Positions 17,031 to 25,626 are shown, counted from the stretch's first letter. The stretch is 30,622 nt of DNA from Myxococcota bacterium (GCA_038750805.1 JBCDGX010000001.1:1-30622), one strand, 5' to 3'. The notes: generated from the sequence alone by a model not told the origin. Numbers and translations: made by a program.

Positions 17031-17843
17031 GTGGCGAACCGGCAGCTGAGCTTGGACTTCGACGGGTCCGCTCCCGAAGAGGCCCCGGAGCCTCTCGATG
17101 CGCCGCGCGGTCCCGCCGCCCTCGACGCGGACGAGGCCACCCCGGAGGTGCTCCGGCGAGCGGCGCTTCGCCTGACCGAGCGCCTCGCCGACGCCCTCGC
17201 TCGCCCGGTGCGTCTGGTGGTCACGGACAACCGGCGGACCATGGTCTCGGCGCGCGCCTCCGGCCCGCGCATCGAGGTGCGCCTCCACCACATGTTCCTC
17301 TCGGCGGACGAGGCCGTCGTGAACGCGCTCGGCCGCTACCTCGCGCGCCGGGATCGGGAGGCCGGCGCCCGCGTCGACGCCTTCATCGACGCCCATCGGG
17401 ACCGCATCGACCGCCGGCGCCGACGCCATGCGCTCCTCCGCACGAGGGGCGTGGTGCACGACCTGCGCGAGCTCTTCGAGGAGCTCGAGGGGGACTTCGC
17501 GCCCGGCGCCATGGAGGGCGTGCGCGTGACCTGGGGGCGCCGCGTGCGCCGTCGCCCGCGGCAGCGCTCGATTCAGCTCGGCACCTACGTCCCGCAGGAG
17601 CGCCTCATCCGCATCCACCCGGTCCTCGACCAGGCCTGGGTGCCTCGCTTCTACGTCGCGAGCGTCCTCCACCACGAGATGCTCCACCACGCGATCCCGC
17701 CCGAGCGCGAGGGCAAGCGGCTCCGCTACCACTCGGAGACCTTCCGCGCCCACGAGCGCGCGTTCCGGCACCACGCGCAGGCCACGCGCTGGGAGAAGTC
17801 GAACCTCGCGCGCCTCCTCCGCGGGGTCCCCACGGAGTCCTGA
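17031..17843 (+). CDS. SprT-like/M48-related zinc metalloprotease domain protein
   Basis: HHEMLH zincin motif preceded by IRIHPVLD..WVPRFYV and followed by H...FR.HE. N-terminal RLHHMF region. Confidence 0.75.
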   Translation: MANRQLSLDFDGSAPEEAPEPLDAPRGPAALDADEATPEVLRRAALRLTERLADALARPVRLVVTDNRRTMVSARASGPRIEVRLHHMFLSADEAVVNALGRYLARRDREAGARVDAFIDAHRDRIDRRRRRHALLRTRGVVHDLRELFEELEGDFAPGAMEGVRVTWGRRVRRRPRQRSIQLGTYVPQERLIRIHPVLDQAWVPRFYVASVLHHEMLHHAIPPEREGKRLRYHSETFRAHERAFRHHAQATRWEKSNLARLLRGVPTES

Positions 17844-17877
17844 GCGCGCCGGCGGCGCACGGAGTAGGCTCGGCGCG

Positions 17878-18552
17878 ATGACCCAGGAGCCCGACAAGGG
17901 GGAGAACACGCTCGTCTACGTGCTCGCCGGCTGCGGCGTGTTGCTCGTGGTCGGGCTCTGCGTGATCGCCGGCGTGGGCGTCTGGGTGATCTCGAGCAGC
18001 GAGGAGCTGGTTCCCTACCACGACCCGCCCCCGAGCACGTCGCCGGCACCGGGCTTCCCCGCGCCGAGCGTGCCGAGTTCGCCCGGGGCCCCCAGCGCGC
18101 CGGCGTTGCCGAGCCCCGGCGGCAAGCCGCCGCCTTCGGCGCAGCCCTCCCTCCCGCCGCCTCCGCAGCCGGTGCCGATCCGGGGCGTCGAGGTCGAGTG
18201 GGAGGTCGAGGTCGTCGGTGGTGCGGCGCGGGTCACGCCCGGCACGCGCTGCACCTTCAACGTGCTCCTGCGGCCCCGGCCTGACCGTGGTCCATGGTGC
18301 CAGGCGGAGGTCCGCTGCGGCGGGCAGCTCCTCTACGGCGGGGGCACCGCCGGCTTCTTCGAGTGTTCCTTCAGTGACGCCGGACCGGACGGCCCCGGGG
18401 CCGTGGTCGGGGGCGAGGATCTCACCACCGAGGCCGATGGCGACGCCGCCTTCCGCATCGACACGCTCGGCGGCGTGATCGACATCCGCGACGACGCCAC
18501 GTCGGCGAACGGCGAGCTCTCGGTGCGCGGGCGTGTCGTCGGCGTGCGGTAG
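17878..18552 (+). CDS. Single-pass membrane protein with Pro-rich linker and Cys-containing C-terminal beta domain (hypothetical)
   Basis: TM helix LVYVLAGCGVLLVVGLCVIAGVGVWVI, Pro/Ser-rich stretch, then a domain with 4 Cys (CTF, CQAEVRCGG.LLYG, GFFEC). Confidence 0.8.
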   Translation: MTQEPDKGENTLVYVLAGCGVLLVVGLCVIAGVGVWVISSSEELVPYHDPPPSTSPAPGFPAPSVPSSPGAPSAPALPSPGGKPPPSAQPSLPPPPQPVPIRGVEVEWEVEVVGGAARVTPGTRCTFNVLLRPRPDRGPWCQAEVRCGGQLLYGGGTAGFFECSFSDAGPDGPGAVVGGEDLTTEADGDAAFRIDTLGGVIDIRDDATSANGELSVRGRVVGVR

Positions 18553-18559
18553 TACGCGG

Positions 18560-20446
18560 CTACTTGCCGGCCTCCGACGCGCCGAGCACCCGGGCCAGCT
18601 CCCGCGCCCCGTAGGGCTTGGCGACGAAGGGAAGCCCGCGCTCCGCGGCGAGGCGCCCGAGCGCGCCCGAGCGCGGCCCCAGCGAGAGCACCACGCGCGG
18701 CCGCGGGACGAGCCCAGCGAGCTCGTCCAGGAGGGCGCCCGCGGCCGCGCTCGGAAGCGCGAGGTCGAGCAGCACCACCTCGGGCACGACCGCCGCGCTC
18801 AGCGCCTCCCGGAGCGCATCGACGTCGGCGCAGACGTGCACGTCGAAGCCCAGGCGCGTCAGCTCCTGCCGCGTCACGTGGGCGAGCTCCGGGTCGTCCT
18901 CGAGGAGAAGCAGGCGCCCCCGCTCCGGGCCCTCGGCCCCATGGGAGCCCGGAGCCCGGCGGAGGTGCATGACGACCCGGGTGCCGGCGCCCGGCTCCGA
19001 GAGCAGCTCCAGGAAGCCACCGTGGGCCTCGGCGAGCTCCCGCACCGTCGAGAGCCCGAGGCCCGGGTGCCGGTCGGGACCCTTCGTCGTGAAGAAGGGC
19101 TCCGCGGCCTGCCGGAGCACGTCCGCGCTCATCCCCCGGCCTTCGTCGCGCACCTCGATGGTCGTGTAGTCGCCGAGCTCGTCGAGGATCAGCTCGATGC
19201 GCTCCCCCGGCGACGTCGCGTCCCGCGCATTGGCGAGCAGGTTCATGAGCGCCAGCTGGAGCCCGTCTTCGTCGCACAAGGCGAAGCTCGGGTCCGCGAC
19301 GCTGAGGCGCACGCGGCGCTCCGCCCCCGCCGATTGGCGCAGCAGCGGCCACCAGCGCTGGAGCAGCCGCGGCAGGTCGAGGACCTCGCTCCGGGCGTCC
19401 TTCGCGCCGGAGAAGGAGAGCAGCTGGCGCGTCAGCGCGGCGCCGCGCTCCAGCGCCCGGCGCGTCGCGGCGGCCGTTCCCTCGGCCTCGGCCCCCTCCG
19501 CCGCTGCCGCGAGCGCGTCCACCCCGAGCCGGGCGACCTGGAGCACATTGCCGAACTCGTGGCTCACGGTCGTCGCGAGGCGCCCGAGCCGCTCGTAGTG
19601 CTGCGTCGCGTCGAGGGCGGCGCGGGCATGCACGACCTCCGTCACGTCCACGGAGCTGACGCTCAGCACGCCGTCCTCTCCGGCGCCCTTCACCGGCCGG
19701 AGCTCGACCTTGAAGGAGCCCTCCGCGGTGACGACGAGCCCGGCGTAGCGCGCGAGCTCGCCGGCCAGGATCGCCTCGGCGGCGTTCCGGAAGTCCTCGC
19801 CGCGCTCCGGATGGTCGAAGAGCGCGCGCGGCGCGAGGCGCGGCTCGCCGCGGCCCTCGTCGGCGCCTCCCCCGGCCAGCGCGGCGTTGGCCCAGACGAC
19901 GTTCAGCTCCCGGTCGACGAGGGCGAGCTGCACGGGCACCGCGTCGAGCGTGGCGTGCTGCCAGGACGTGCTCTCGCTCGCATCGAGCGGCGTGGGCACG
20001 GGCGTTCGCGCGAGCTCCCGTCCCAGCTCCGCGGCCGCCCCCACGGCCGCGGCGACCTGCGCCTCGGACCATTCGTGTGGGCTGCCATACGAATAGATGG
20101 CGATGGCCTGGGCCGCTCCCTCGACCATGACCGGAACGTAGAGGCACGCCTCGAGCCCGTAGCGTTTGCGCGCGACGGCGGCGACGCCCGGGTCGTGCCG
20201 CGCGTCGGTGACGGCGATGGGACGCCCCGTGGCCAGCGCGTTCCGTACGTGCGCACAGGCGCTGAGGTCGAGCCCGTGCGCGAGGTGCGTCGCCCGGTAG
20301 CCGGAGGAGACGGCCTGGCAGAGGATCCGCCGCCCGTCGCGACTCACGACGTGGACGCAGCAGTTCCGTGCCCCGATCTCACCGACCGTTCGGTCAACGA
20401 AATCGAGGAACACGTTGCGCGCCAGAGCCCCCCCTGCGTCAGCCAT
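18560..20446 (-). CDS. Hybrid sensor histidine kinase (GAF - PAS-like - HisKA - HATPase - receiver)
   Basis: H-box VSHEFGN, N-box LMNLLANARDA, DEGRGM, EPFFTTK and GLGL. Receiver LLEDD...LLDLALP...KPY. Start is set at ATG 20446 because ATG 20521 lies inside the upstream gene. Confidence 0.87.
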   Translation of the reverse strand: MADAGGALARNVFLDFVDRTVGEIGARNCCVHVVSRDGRRILCQAVSSGYRATHLAHGLDLSACAHVRNALATGRPIAVTDARHDPGVAAVARKRYGLEACLYVPVMVEGAAQAIAIYSYGSPHEWSEAQVAAAVGAAAELGRELARTPVPTPLDASESTSWQHATLDAVPVQLALVDRELNVVWANAALAGGGADEGRGEPRLAPRALFDHPERGEDFRNAAEAILAGELARYAGLVVTAEGSFKVELRPVKGAGEDGVLSVSSVDVTEVVHARAALDATQHYERLGRLATTVSHEFGNVLQVARLGVDALAAAAEGAEAEGTAAATRRALERGAALTRQLLSFSGAKDARSEVLDLPRLLQRWWPLLRQSAGAERRVRLSVADPSFALCDEDGLQLALMNLLANARDATSPGERIELILDELGDYTTIEVRDEGRGMSADVLRQAAEPFFTTKGPDRHPGLGLSTVRELAEAHGGFLELLSEPGAGTRVVMHLRRAPGSHGAEGPERGRLLLLEDDPELAHVTRQELTRLGFDVHVCADVDALREALSAAVVPEVVLLDLALPSAAAGALLDELAGLVPRPRVVLSLGPRSGALGRLAAERGLPFVAKPYGARELARVLGASEAGK

Positions 20447-20483
20447 GTTCCGGTGTGTTCGTGGAGCCCGGAAACCCCGGGCG

Positions 20484-22121
20484 TCAAGGTTTGCGGCGCT
20501 CCCAGGGCGGCGGGAGCGCATACTGAGTCATCGGCCGATCCGGCTTCGACTGAAGCTCGAGCTCCTCGGCGACGAGCGCCGGGCTGACGGTCGTCACCGG
20601 AACGAAGCCGGACTCGGCGCCGCACCAGGCGTTGTCGACCTCCTGCCGGGCGCCGATGGCCACGATCCCGCGCACGGCGTTCAGCGGCGTGCCCACCAGG
20701 TCCACGCCGCGGATGAGCTCCTGGCGCCCGTCTGGATGGACGCGGGCGGCGACGTCGACGTCCCCGAGGAAGGCCTGGAAGTCGTAGGCGTCGGTGCTCG
20801 TCTCGCCGCCGTTCGCCTCGATGATGCGCACGCCCCAGGGCACGCCCTGCGCGCGGATCTCCTCGAGGAAGGCCTCCATCAGCGCGTCATCGTCGAGCGG
20901 GTCCTCGCCCTCGACGACCGTGACGCCCATGCGGGCCGTCGCCCGCTGATGGAAGTCGCTCCGCGCGTGGCCGTTCGAGCGGTGCCCCTTGGCGATGGGC
21001 GCCCGGGAGGTGAGGAAGCCCTGAATCGTCCCGCCGGCGATGAGCTCGGCGGCGTCCGCGGGCACGCCTTCGTCGTCGTGGCTGTAGTGCCCTACGAGGG
21101 AGCGGGCCCCCCAGCGCTCGAGGCGCGGGTCGTCGCGGACGCTGAGCCCCTCGTGCAAAAGGCTCTCCCCGAGCGAGTCCCGGAACGTATGCCCCTCGCC
21201 CCCGCTGAGCAGCCGGTTGCCCTCGAGGCGGTGCCCGAGCGCCTCGTGCACCAGAAGCCCCGCCGGCCGCGGATCGAGGAGCACGGGCCCCACGTAGGAG
21301 CGCAGCAGCGGCGCGCTCCGGAGGGCCTGGAAGCGCTGGTCGAAGAAGCGCAGCACGCGGCGCAGCTCGGCGGCGTCCGGGAGCTCCGCCTCGTCCGTGA
21401 CGAACCAGGTCTTGGTCTGCGGGAAGCCGTAGCCCTCCTCGGAGAAGTGCCAGGTGTGGAGCTCGACGGTGCGGCGCGCCTGGTGCGTGATCACCTCCGC
21501 GCCCTCGGTGCTCACGAAGACGCGTGCCTCGTTCGCCGCGCTCACGGCGACGTGCCCGTCCATGAGCCGCGGGTAGCGGCGGAAGCTCTGGCTGACGCCC
21601 TTGGCGAGCTTCCGGAAGCGCTCCTCGTCGATGGCCGGCATGCGCGCGAGCGTGCAGACGCGCTCCGCGTCGCGGCGCTCGAAGCTCGGGAGGTTCCGGT
21701 GCTCGTCGAGGTGGTTCAGCTCCTCGGCCTTGCGGTGCAGGAGGTCGTCGCAGGCCTCCCGGTACTTGGCCTCGAGGAGCCGCCAGAGCCCGTAGCGGAG
21801 CCCGTCCTCGGTCCCGCCGGCCGGGAGCGTGACCAGCGCGTGGGACTCGAGCTCGTCCGAGTTCGAGCGGAGCCCCCCGTGGCCGACCTGGTCCCGGCGG
21901 TAGCTCCCGACGCGGATGTCCGCGAGCCCGCTCCTTCGGCGGCTCCGGCTGTCCTTGGTGATGCCCCCGAAGCGCGCCTTCAGGCGGAAGGCGTCGAGGT
22001 CCCGGAGCTGGAGCGAGACGAAATGGGGCCGCGGGTGACCGGGGATGCGGAGCCCGGCTTTCGCGCGCTCGGCCTCCTCCCGGAGCACGGCGGCCAGCCG
22101 GAGAGCCTGCCGTCGGTTCAT
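20484..22121 (-). CDS. TldD/PmbA-family metalloprotease (HExxxH-containing subunit)
   Basis: GLLVHEALGHRLEG, Y.GPVLL, HYSHDDEGV, SNGHAR, ELIRG and CGAESG.VPV..VSP. Confidence 0.87.
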   Translation of the reverse strand: MNRRQALRLAAVLREEAERAKAGLRIPGHPRPHFVSLQLRDLDAFRLKARFGGITKDSRSRRRSGLADIRVGSYRRDQVGHGGLRSNSDELESHALVTLPAGGTEDGLRYGLWRLLEAKYREACDDLLHRKAEELNHLDEHRNLPSFERRDAERVCTLARMPAIDEERFRKLAKGVSQSFRRYPRLMDGHVAVSAANEARVFVSTEGAEVITHQARRTVELHTWHFSEEGYGFPQTKTWFVTDEAELPDAAELRRVLRFFDQRFQALRSAPLLRSYVGPVLLDPRPAGLLVHEALGHRLEGNRLLSGGEGHTFRDSLGESLLHEGLSVRDDPRLERWGARSLVGHYSHDDEGVPADAAELIAGGTIQGFLTSRAPIAKGHRSNGHARSDFHQRATARMGVTVVEGEDPLDDDALMEAFLEEIRAQGVPWGVRIIEANGGETSTDAYDFQAFLGDVDVAARVHPDGRQELIRGVDLVGTPLNAVRGIVAIGARQEVDNAWCGAESGFVPVTTVSPALVAEELELQSKPDRPMTQYALPPPWERRKP

Positions 22122-22168
22122 GGGTCGCGGAGGCTGACACGAATCGGCCGGGGCGCGAGCGGACCGGG

Positions 22169-22177
22169 TGCTACGGT
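22169..22177 (+). promoter_or_regulatory. Extended -10 TG-C-TACGGT, 6 nt before GTG 22184
   Basis: Sequence read directly. Same geometry as several other genes in the window. Confidence 0.6.
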
Positions 22178-22183
22178 CGCCTC

Positions 22184-23146
22184 GTGCGCCCGCGCCGGAA
22201 CCTGAAGTCGCTCTCCACGCCGATCACCCTCGGCGCGGTGAGCGTTCCGCTGGCCGTCACGCTGATGGTTGGCTGGATCATCCTGCTCGCCCGCAACCTC
22301 AGCTCCGACGCCTCCATGGCGCTGAACGTGTCGCTCCTCGTGCTCGGCGCGCTCTCCTTCGCCGTCGTCGTGACGGTGCTCCTGCTCCTCAGCTTCTACC
22401 TCGCCCGGGAGATCCTCGAGGTGCGGCGCCAGGACGGCTTCATCGACTCGGTGACCCACGAGCTCAAGAGCCCCCTCGCGTCGATCCGCCTCCTCCTCGA
22501 GACCATGGCCCGCCCGGAGCTCCCCGAGGCCAAGCGCGAGGAGCTCCGGCAGATGATGCTCGGCGACGTCGAGCGCCTCAGCTCCTTCATCGACGACGTG
22601 CTTCAGACGAGCGTCTTCACGACGGGGAACCAGCCCGCCTACGGCTTCGCCGAGCTCCGCCTCAAGGACCTCGCGGAGGAGACGGCCGCCACGGTCGTCC
22701 GGCGCCACAAGCGCACGCCCGACGCCGTGCGCCTGGAGGTCCCCGAGGACCTGGTCGTCGTCACGGACCGCGCGGCCCTCGCCATCGTGCTCAAGAACCT
22801 CCTCGACAACGCCATGAAGTACGGCCGGGACGAGCCCGTCGTGCTCCGCGCGGGCCTCACGGCGAAGGGCGGCGTGGCCATCGACGTCGAGGACCAGGGC
22901 ATCGGGCTGACCCGCGAGCAGACCAAGCGCGTCTTCCACCGCTTCTACCGGGTGGAGCGGGAGTCGGTCCGGATCCGAAAGGGCACGGGCCTCGGCCTCT
23001 TCGTCGTCGGCGCCATCGTGCGCAGCCTCGGCGGGACGGCGCGGGCCAGCAGCCCCGGCATCGGGAAGGGCAGCCGCTTCACCATCACGCTGCCGCGCAA
23101 GGCCCTCGCCGCACCCCGGGAAGCCGGCCAGGAAGCGCTCGCATGA
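22184..23146 (+). CDS. Sensor histidine kinase with two TM helices and a roughly 10-aa external loop
   Basis: H-box DSVTHELKSPL, N-box KNLLDNAMKY, VEDQGIG, VFHRFYR, GTGLGL and GKGSRF. Confidence 0.93.
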   Translation: MRPRRNLKSLSTPITLGAVSVPLAVTLMVGWIILLARNLSSDASMALNVSLLVLGALSFAVVVTVLLLLSFYLAREILEVRRQDGFIDSVTHELKSPLASIRLLLETMARPELPEAKREELRQMMLGDVERLSSFIDDVLQTSVFTTGNQPAYGFAELRLKDLAEETAATVVRRHKRTPDAVRLEVPEDLVVVTDRAALAIVLKNLLDNAMKYGRDEPVVLRAGLTAKGGVAIDVEDQGIGLTREQTKRVFHRFYRVERESVRIRKGTGLGLFVVGAIVRSLGGTARASSPGIGKGSRFTITLPRKALAAPREAGQEALA

Positions 23147-23156
23147 GGACCCCGTC

Positions 23157-23882
23157 GTGAACGACATCGACCCGGGCGAGCAGCGCCTCCTCGTCGTGGA
23201 GGACGAAGAGCACCTCGCCGCCGGCCTCAAGCTGAACCTCGAGCTCGAGGGCTACGCCGTCGACGTCGCGAGCTCGGCCCGGCAGGCCGGCGAGCGCATC
23301 ATGCAGGCCGAGGCCTACGACGCCCTGGTGCTCGACGTGATGCTCCCGGACCTCGACGGCTTCGCGCTCTGCCGGAAGCTCCGGGACGCGGGGAACTTCG
23401 TCCCGGTCATCATGCTCACGGCGCGCTCGAGCGCCGCCGACCGCGTGCGCGGCCTCGAGGCCGGCGCCGACGACTACATGGTGAAGCCCTTCGAGCTCGC
23501 GGAGCTGCTCGCGCGCGTGCGCTCGGCGCTGCGTCGGCGGGCCTGGGAGCGGGACGCCAGCGGCCCCCCGCGCGCCGCGACCCTTCGCTTCGCGGGCGCC
23601 GAGGTGGACTTCGAGAAGCATGAAGTCATCGTCCATGGTGAGGCGCGAAAGCTGACGCGCCTCGAGCTCGATCTCTTGCGCTATTTCGCGGAGAACCCGC
23701 TCCGGGTCCTCAGCCGGCAAGAGCTCCTCGAGAAGGTCTGGAACATTCGCAATTCGAACCAGACGCGGACCATCGACAACTTCATCGCGCGGCTTCGGCG
23801 GCACTTCGAGGCCGACGCGAGCGACCCGCGGCACTTCCTCTCGGTGCGCGGCGCCGGCTACAAGTTCGTCCCCGATCCCTGA
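23157..23882 (+). CDS. OmpR/PhoB-family response regulator
   Basis: VVEDE, VLDVMLPDLDG, MLTARS, GADDYMVKPF, and wHTH ...TRTIDNFIARLRRHFE...SVRGAGY. GAGGA upstream; 10 nt after the kinase stop. Confidence 0.95.
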   Translation: MNDIDPGEQRLLVVEDEEHLAAGLKLNLELEGYAVDVASSARQAGERIMQAEAYDALVLDVMLPDLDGFALCRKLRDAGNFVPVIMLTARSSAADRVRGLEAGADDYMVKPFELAELLARVRSALRRRAWERDASGPPRAATLRFAGAEVDFEKHEVIVHGEARKLTRLELDLLRYFAENPLRVLSRQELLEKVWNIRNSNQTRTIDNFIARLRRHFEADASDPRHFLSVRGAGYKFVPDP

Positions 23883-23905
23883 GGGATCCTCGGGCCTTGT
23901 GTCGC

Positions 23906-23989
23906 CATCGGGGGAGTCATGACCCGGGAATGGTGAGCCGATGGGTCGGTTGCGACGCGCTCGTGACGAAACGATGACTCCCCTCGGTG
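23906..23989. repeat. Intergenic inverted repeat (GGGGAGTCAT/ATGACTCCCC, extendable) enclosing a phased 11-bp direct-repeat array
   Basis: Perfect 10-bp arms at 23911-23920 and 23974-23983. 11-mers start at 23919, 23930, 23941, 23952, 23963 and 23974. Confidence 0.6.
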
Positions 23990-24033
23990 CAACGGTGACG
24001 GGCGCGAGATCGGGGTGTGGCTAGCGTTCGGCA

Positions 24034-24939
24034 ATGGCAAAAGACACCGTCGTCGAGAGCCCCGAGCTTCCCTGGATGAGGGAGCGGCGCTTTCCGATCC
24101 GCCACGTGATCCCCTTCGCGCTCTGCCACCTTGCGGTGCTGGGCGCCGTCTTCACCGGCGTCACCTGGCAGGCCGTCGCGCTCTGCGTGGGCCTCTACTT
24201 CCTCCGCATGTTCGCGGTGACCGCGGGCTACCACCGCTACTTCGCGCATCGCTCCTTCAAGACGAGCCGCGTCTTCCAGTTCGTGCTCGCGTTCCTCGCG
24301 ACCTCGAGCGCGCAGAAGGGCGTGCTCTGGTGGGCGGCCCATCACCGGCGTCACCACAAGTTCTCGGACCAGGAGGGCGACGTGCACTCGCCCGTGCGCG
24401 AGGGCTTCCTCTGGTCGCACGTAGGCTGGCTCTTCGTGGCGGGCTCCGAGGAGACCGACTTCGACCGCATCCGCGACTTCGCGAAGTACCCGGAGCTGCG
24501 CTTCCTGAACGACTGGCAGCTCCTCCCGCCGACGCTCCTCGCGCTCGCCTGCATCGCCGTGGCGGGCCTCCCGGGGCTCTTCATCGGCTTCTTCGCGAGC
24601 ACCGTGCTCCTCTGGCACGGCACCTTCGTCATCAACTCGCTGGCCCACGTATGGGGCACGCGCCGCTTCGAGACGACGGATACGAGCCGCAACAACCTCT
24701 GGCTCGCCCTGATCACCCTCGGCGAGGGCTGGCACAACAACCACCACCGCCACCAGGCGTCCTGCCGCCAGGGCTTCTACTGGTGGGAGATCGACGTGAC
24801 CTACTACGTGCTCTGGACGCTCTCGAAGCTGGGGGTCGTGTGGGACCTTCGCCCCGTGCCGGAGAAGATCCTCGAGGAGGGCCGCCAGGCCGACCTCGCG
24901 CGACGCCAGGGCGCCCCGGCCATCGACCCCGCCGAGTGA
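24034..24939 (+). CDS. Membrane acyl-CoA/acyl-lipid delta-9-type fatty acid desaturase
   Basis: Three His boxes: TAGYHRYFAH, WAAHHRRHH and GEGWHNNHH. Also DVHSP, GFLWSHVGW, INSLAH and WWEIDVT. Confidence 0.93.
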   Translation: MAKDTVVESPELPWMRERRFPIRHVIPFALCHLAVLGAVFTGVTWQAVALCVGLYFLRMFAVTAGYHRYFAHRSFKTSRVFQFVLAFLATSSAQKGVLWWAAHHRRHHKFSDQEGDVHSPVREGFLWSHVGWLFVAGSEETDFDRIRDFAKYPELRFLNDWQLLPPTLLALACIAVAGLPGLFIGFFASTVLLWHGTFVINSLAHVWGTRRFETTDTSRNNLWLALITLGEGWHNNHHRHQASCRQGFYWWEIDVTYYVLWTLSKLGVVWDLRPVPEKILEEGRQADLARRQGAPAIDPAE

Positions 24940-24981
24940 GCGCGCTTCGGCGGAGGAGCGGCTCGGCGCTACGCTGACTTG

Positions 24982-25626
24982 GTGACACTGCCGGCGAAGG
25001 GATCTCGGGATATCGAGGTCGGAGGCGAGCGCTTTCGATGGTGTGTCCGTGCCTCGGACGGACAGCTCTCGCTCACGGTCGAGCACGCGTCAGGCATGGG
25101 GCAGGTGTTGCGGGCGTACTTCGATCCCCAAGACCTCTACCGGCGCGACGGCACGCGGTGGACGCGCGTCCGTCAACGTCGGGCCCTCGGTCCTGCGGTC
25201 GTGGCCCGTACGATCCGCCACGCTCGAGCGAACGGGTGGGAGCCAACGACCCGAGGGCTGCCTCCGTTGGCAGTCTACCGCTGGGACACGGAGCATCTCG
25301 CTGACCTCCTTCCCACACCCTGGCCCGGGGAAGGCGTCGCGCTCCCGGCCCGTGTGAGCGAGGAGCTGGACGTGCTTTGCTTCGACCTCTCGACGCACCC
25401 GGGCTGGCGGGCCCGGCTCATCCGGGGCCCCGTGGGCCAGCGTGTGGCGGTCCCACCGTCCGATTGGTCGCCGGCGTTGAAGCTCGGCCTCACCTTCGTC
25501 GCATGGAACGATGGCTGGACCCGCGATGGCTGGGTGGTCTTCGGTTTCGCTTGCGACCAGCTCCCGTGGCTCGAGACGTACTCGACGAACGATCCCCGTG
25601 TCTGGGTCGAGGGGCCGAACGACTAA
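24982..25626 (+). CDS. Hypothetical Trp-rich protein
   Basis: Open frame with MTLPAKGSR.IEVGGERFRW and P.VVA..IR.A...GWEP. TACGCT lies 6 nt upstream of GTG 24982. More A/T-ending codons than neighbouring genes. Confidence 0.65.
   Translation: MTLPAKGSRDIEVGGERFRWCVRASDGQLSLTVEHASGMGQVLRAYFDPQDLYRRDGTRWTRVRQRRALGPAVVARTIRHARANGWEPTTRGLPPLAVYRWDTEHLADLLPTPWPGEGVALPARVSEELDVLCFDLSTHPGWRARLIRGPVGQRVAVPPSDWSPALKLGLTFVAWNDGWTRDGWVVFGFACDQLPWLETYSTNDPRVWVEGPND

Noticed and set aside
20466-20488. Hairpin GCCCGG-AAACC-CCGGGC as a terminator, and TTGACG as a -35 for the hybrid kinase
   Set aside because: No U-tract follows the hairpin on the minus strand. TTGACG is largely produced by the TGA stop of the TldD-like gene and has no matching -10.
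23937-23983. Hammerhead-ribozyme-like core CCGAUGG-GUC...GAC-GAAAC
   Set aside because: Two core deviations from CUGANGA, and stems I and III cannot be formed in register with an NUH site.
23925-23985. Fluoride (crcB) riboswitch resemblance (GGGAATGG...ATGACTCC)
   Set aside because: The GGAGT that pairs with ACTCC is not in the required GAUGGNGU context, and no fluoride-related gene is downstream.
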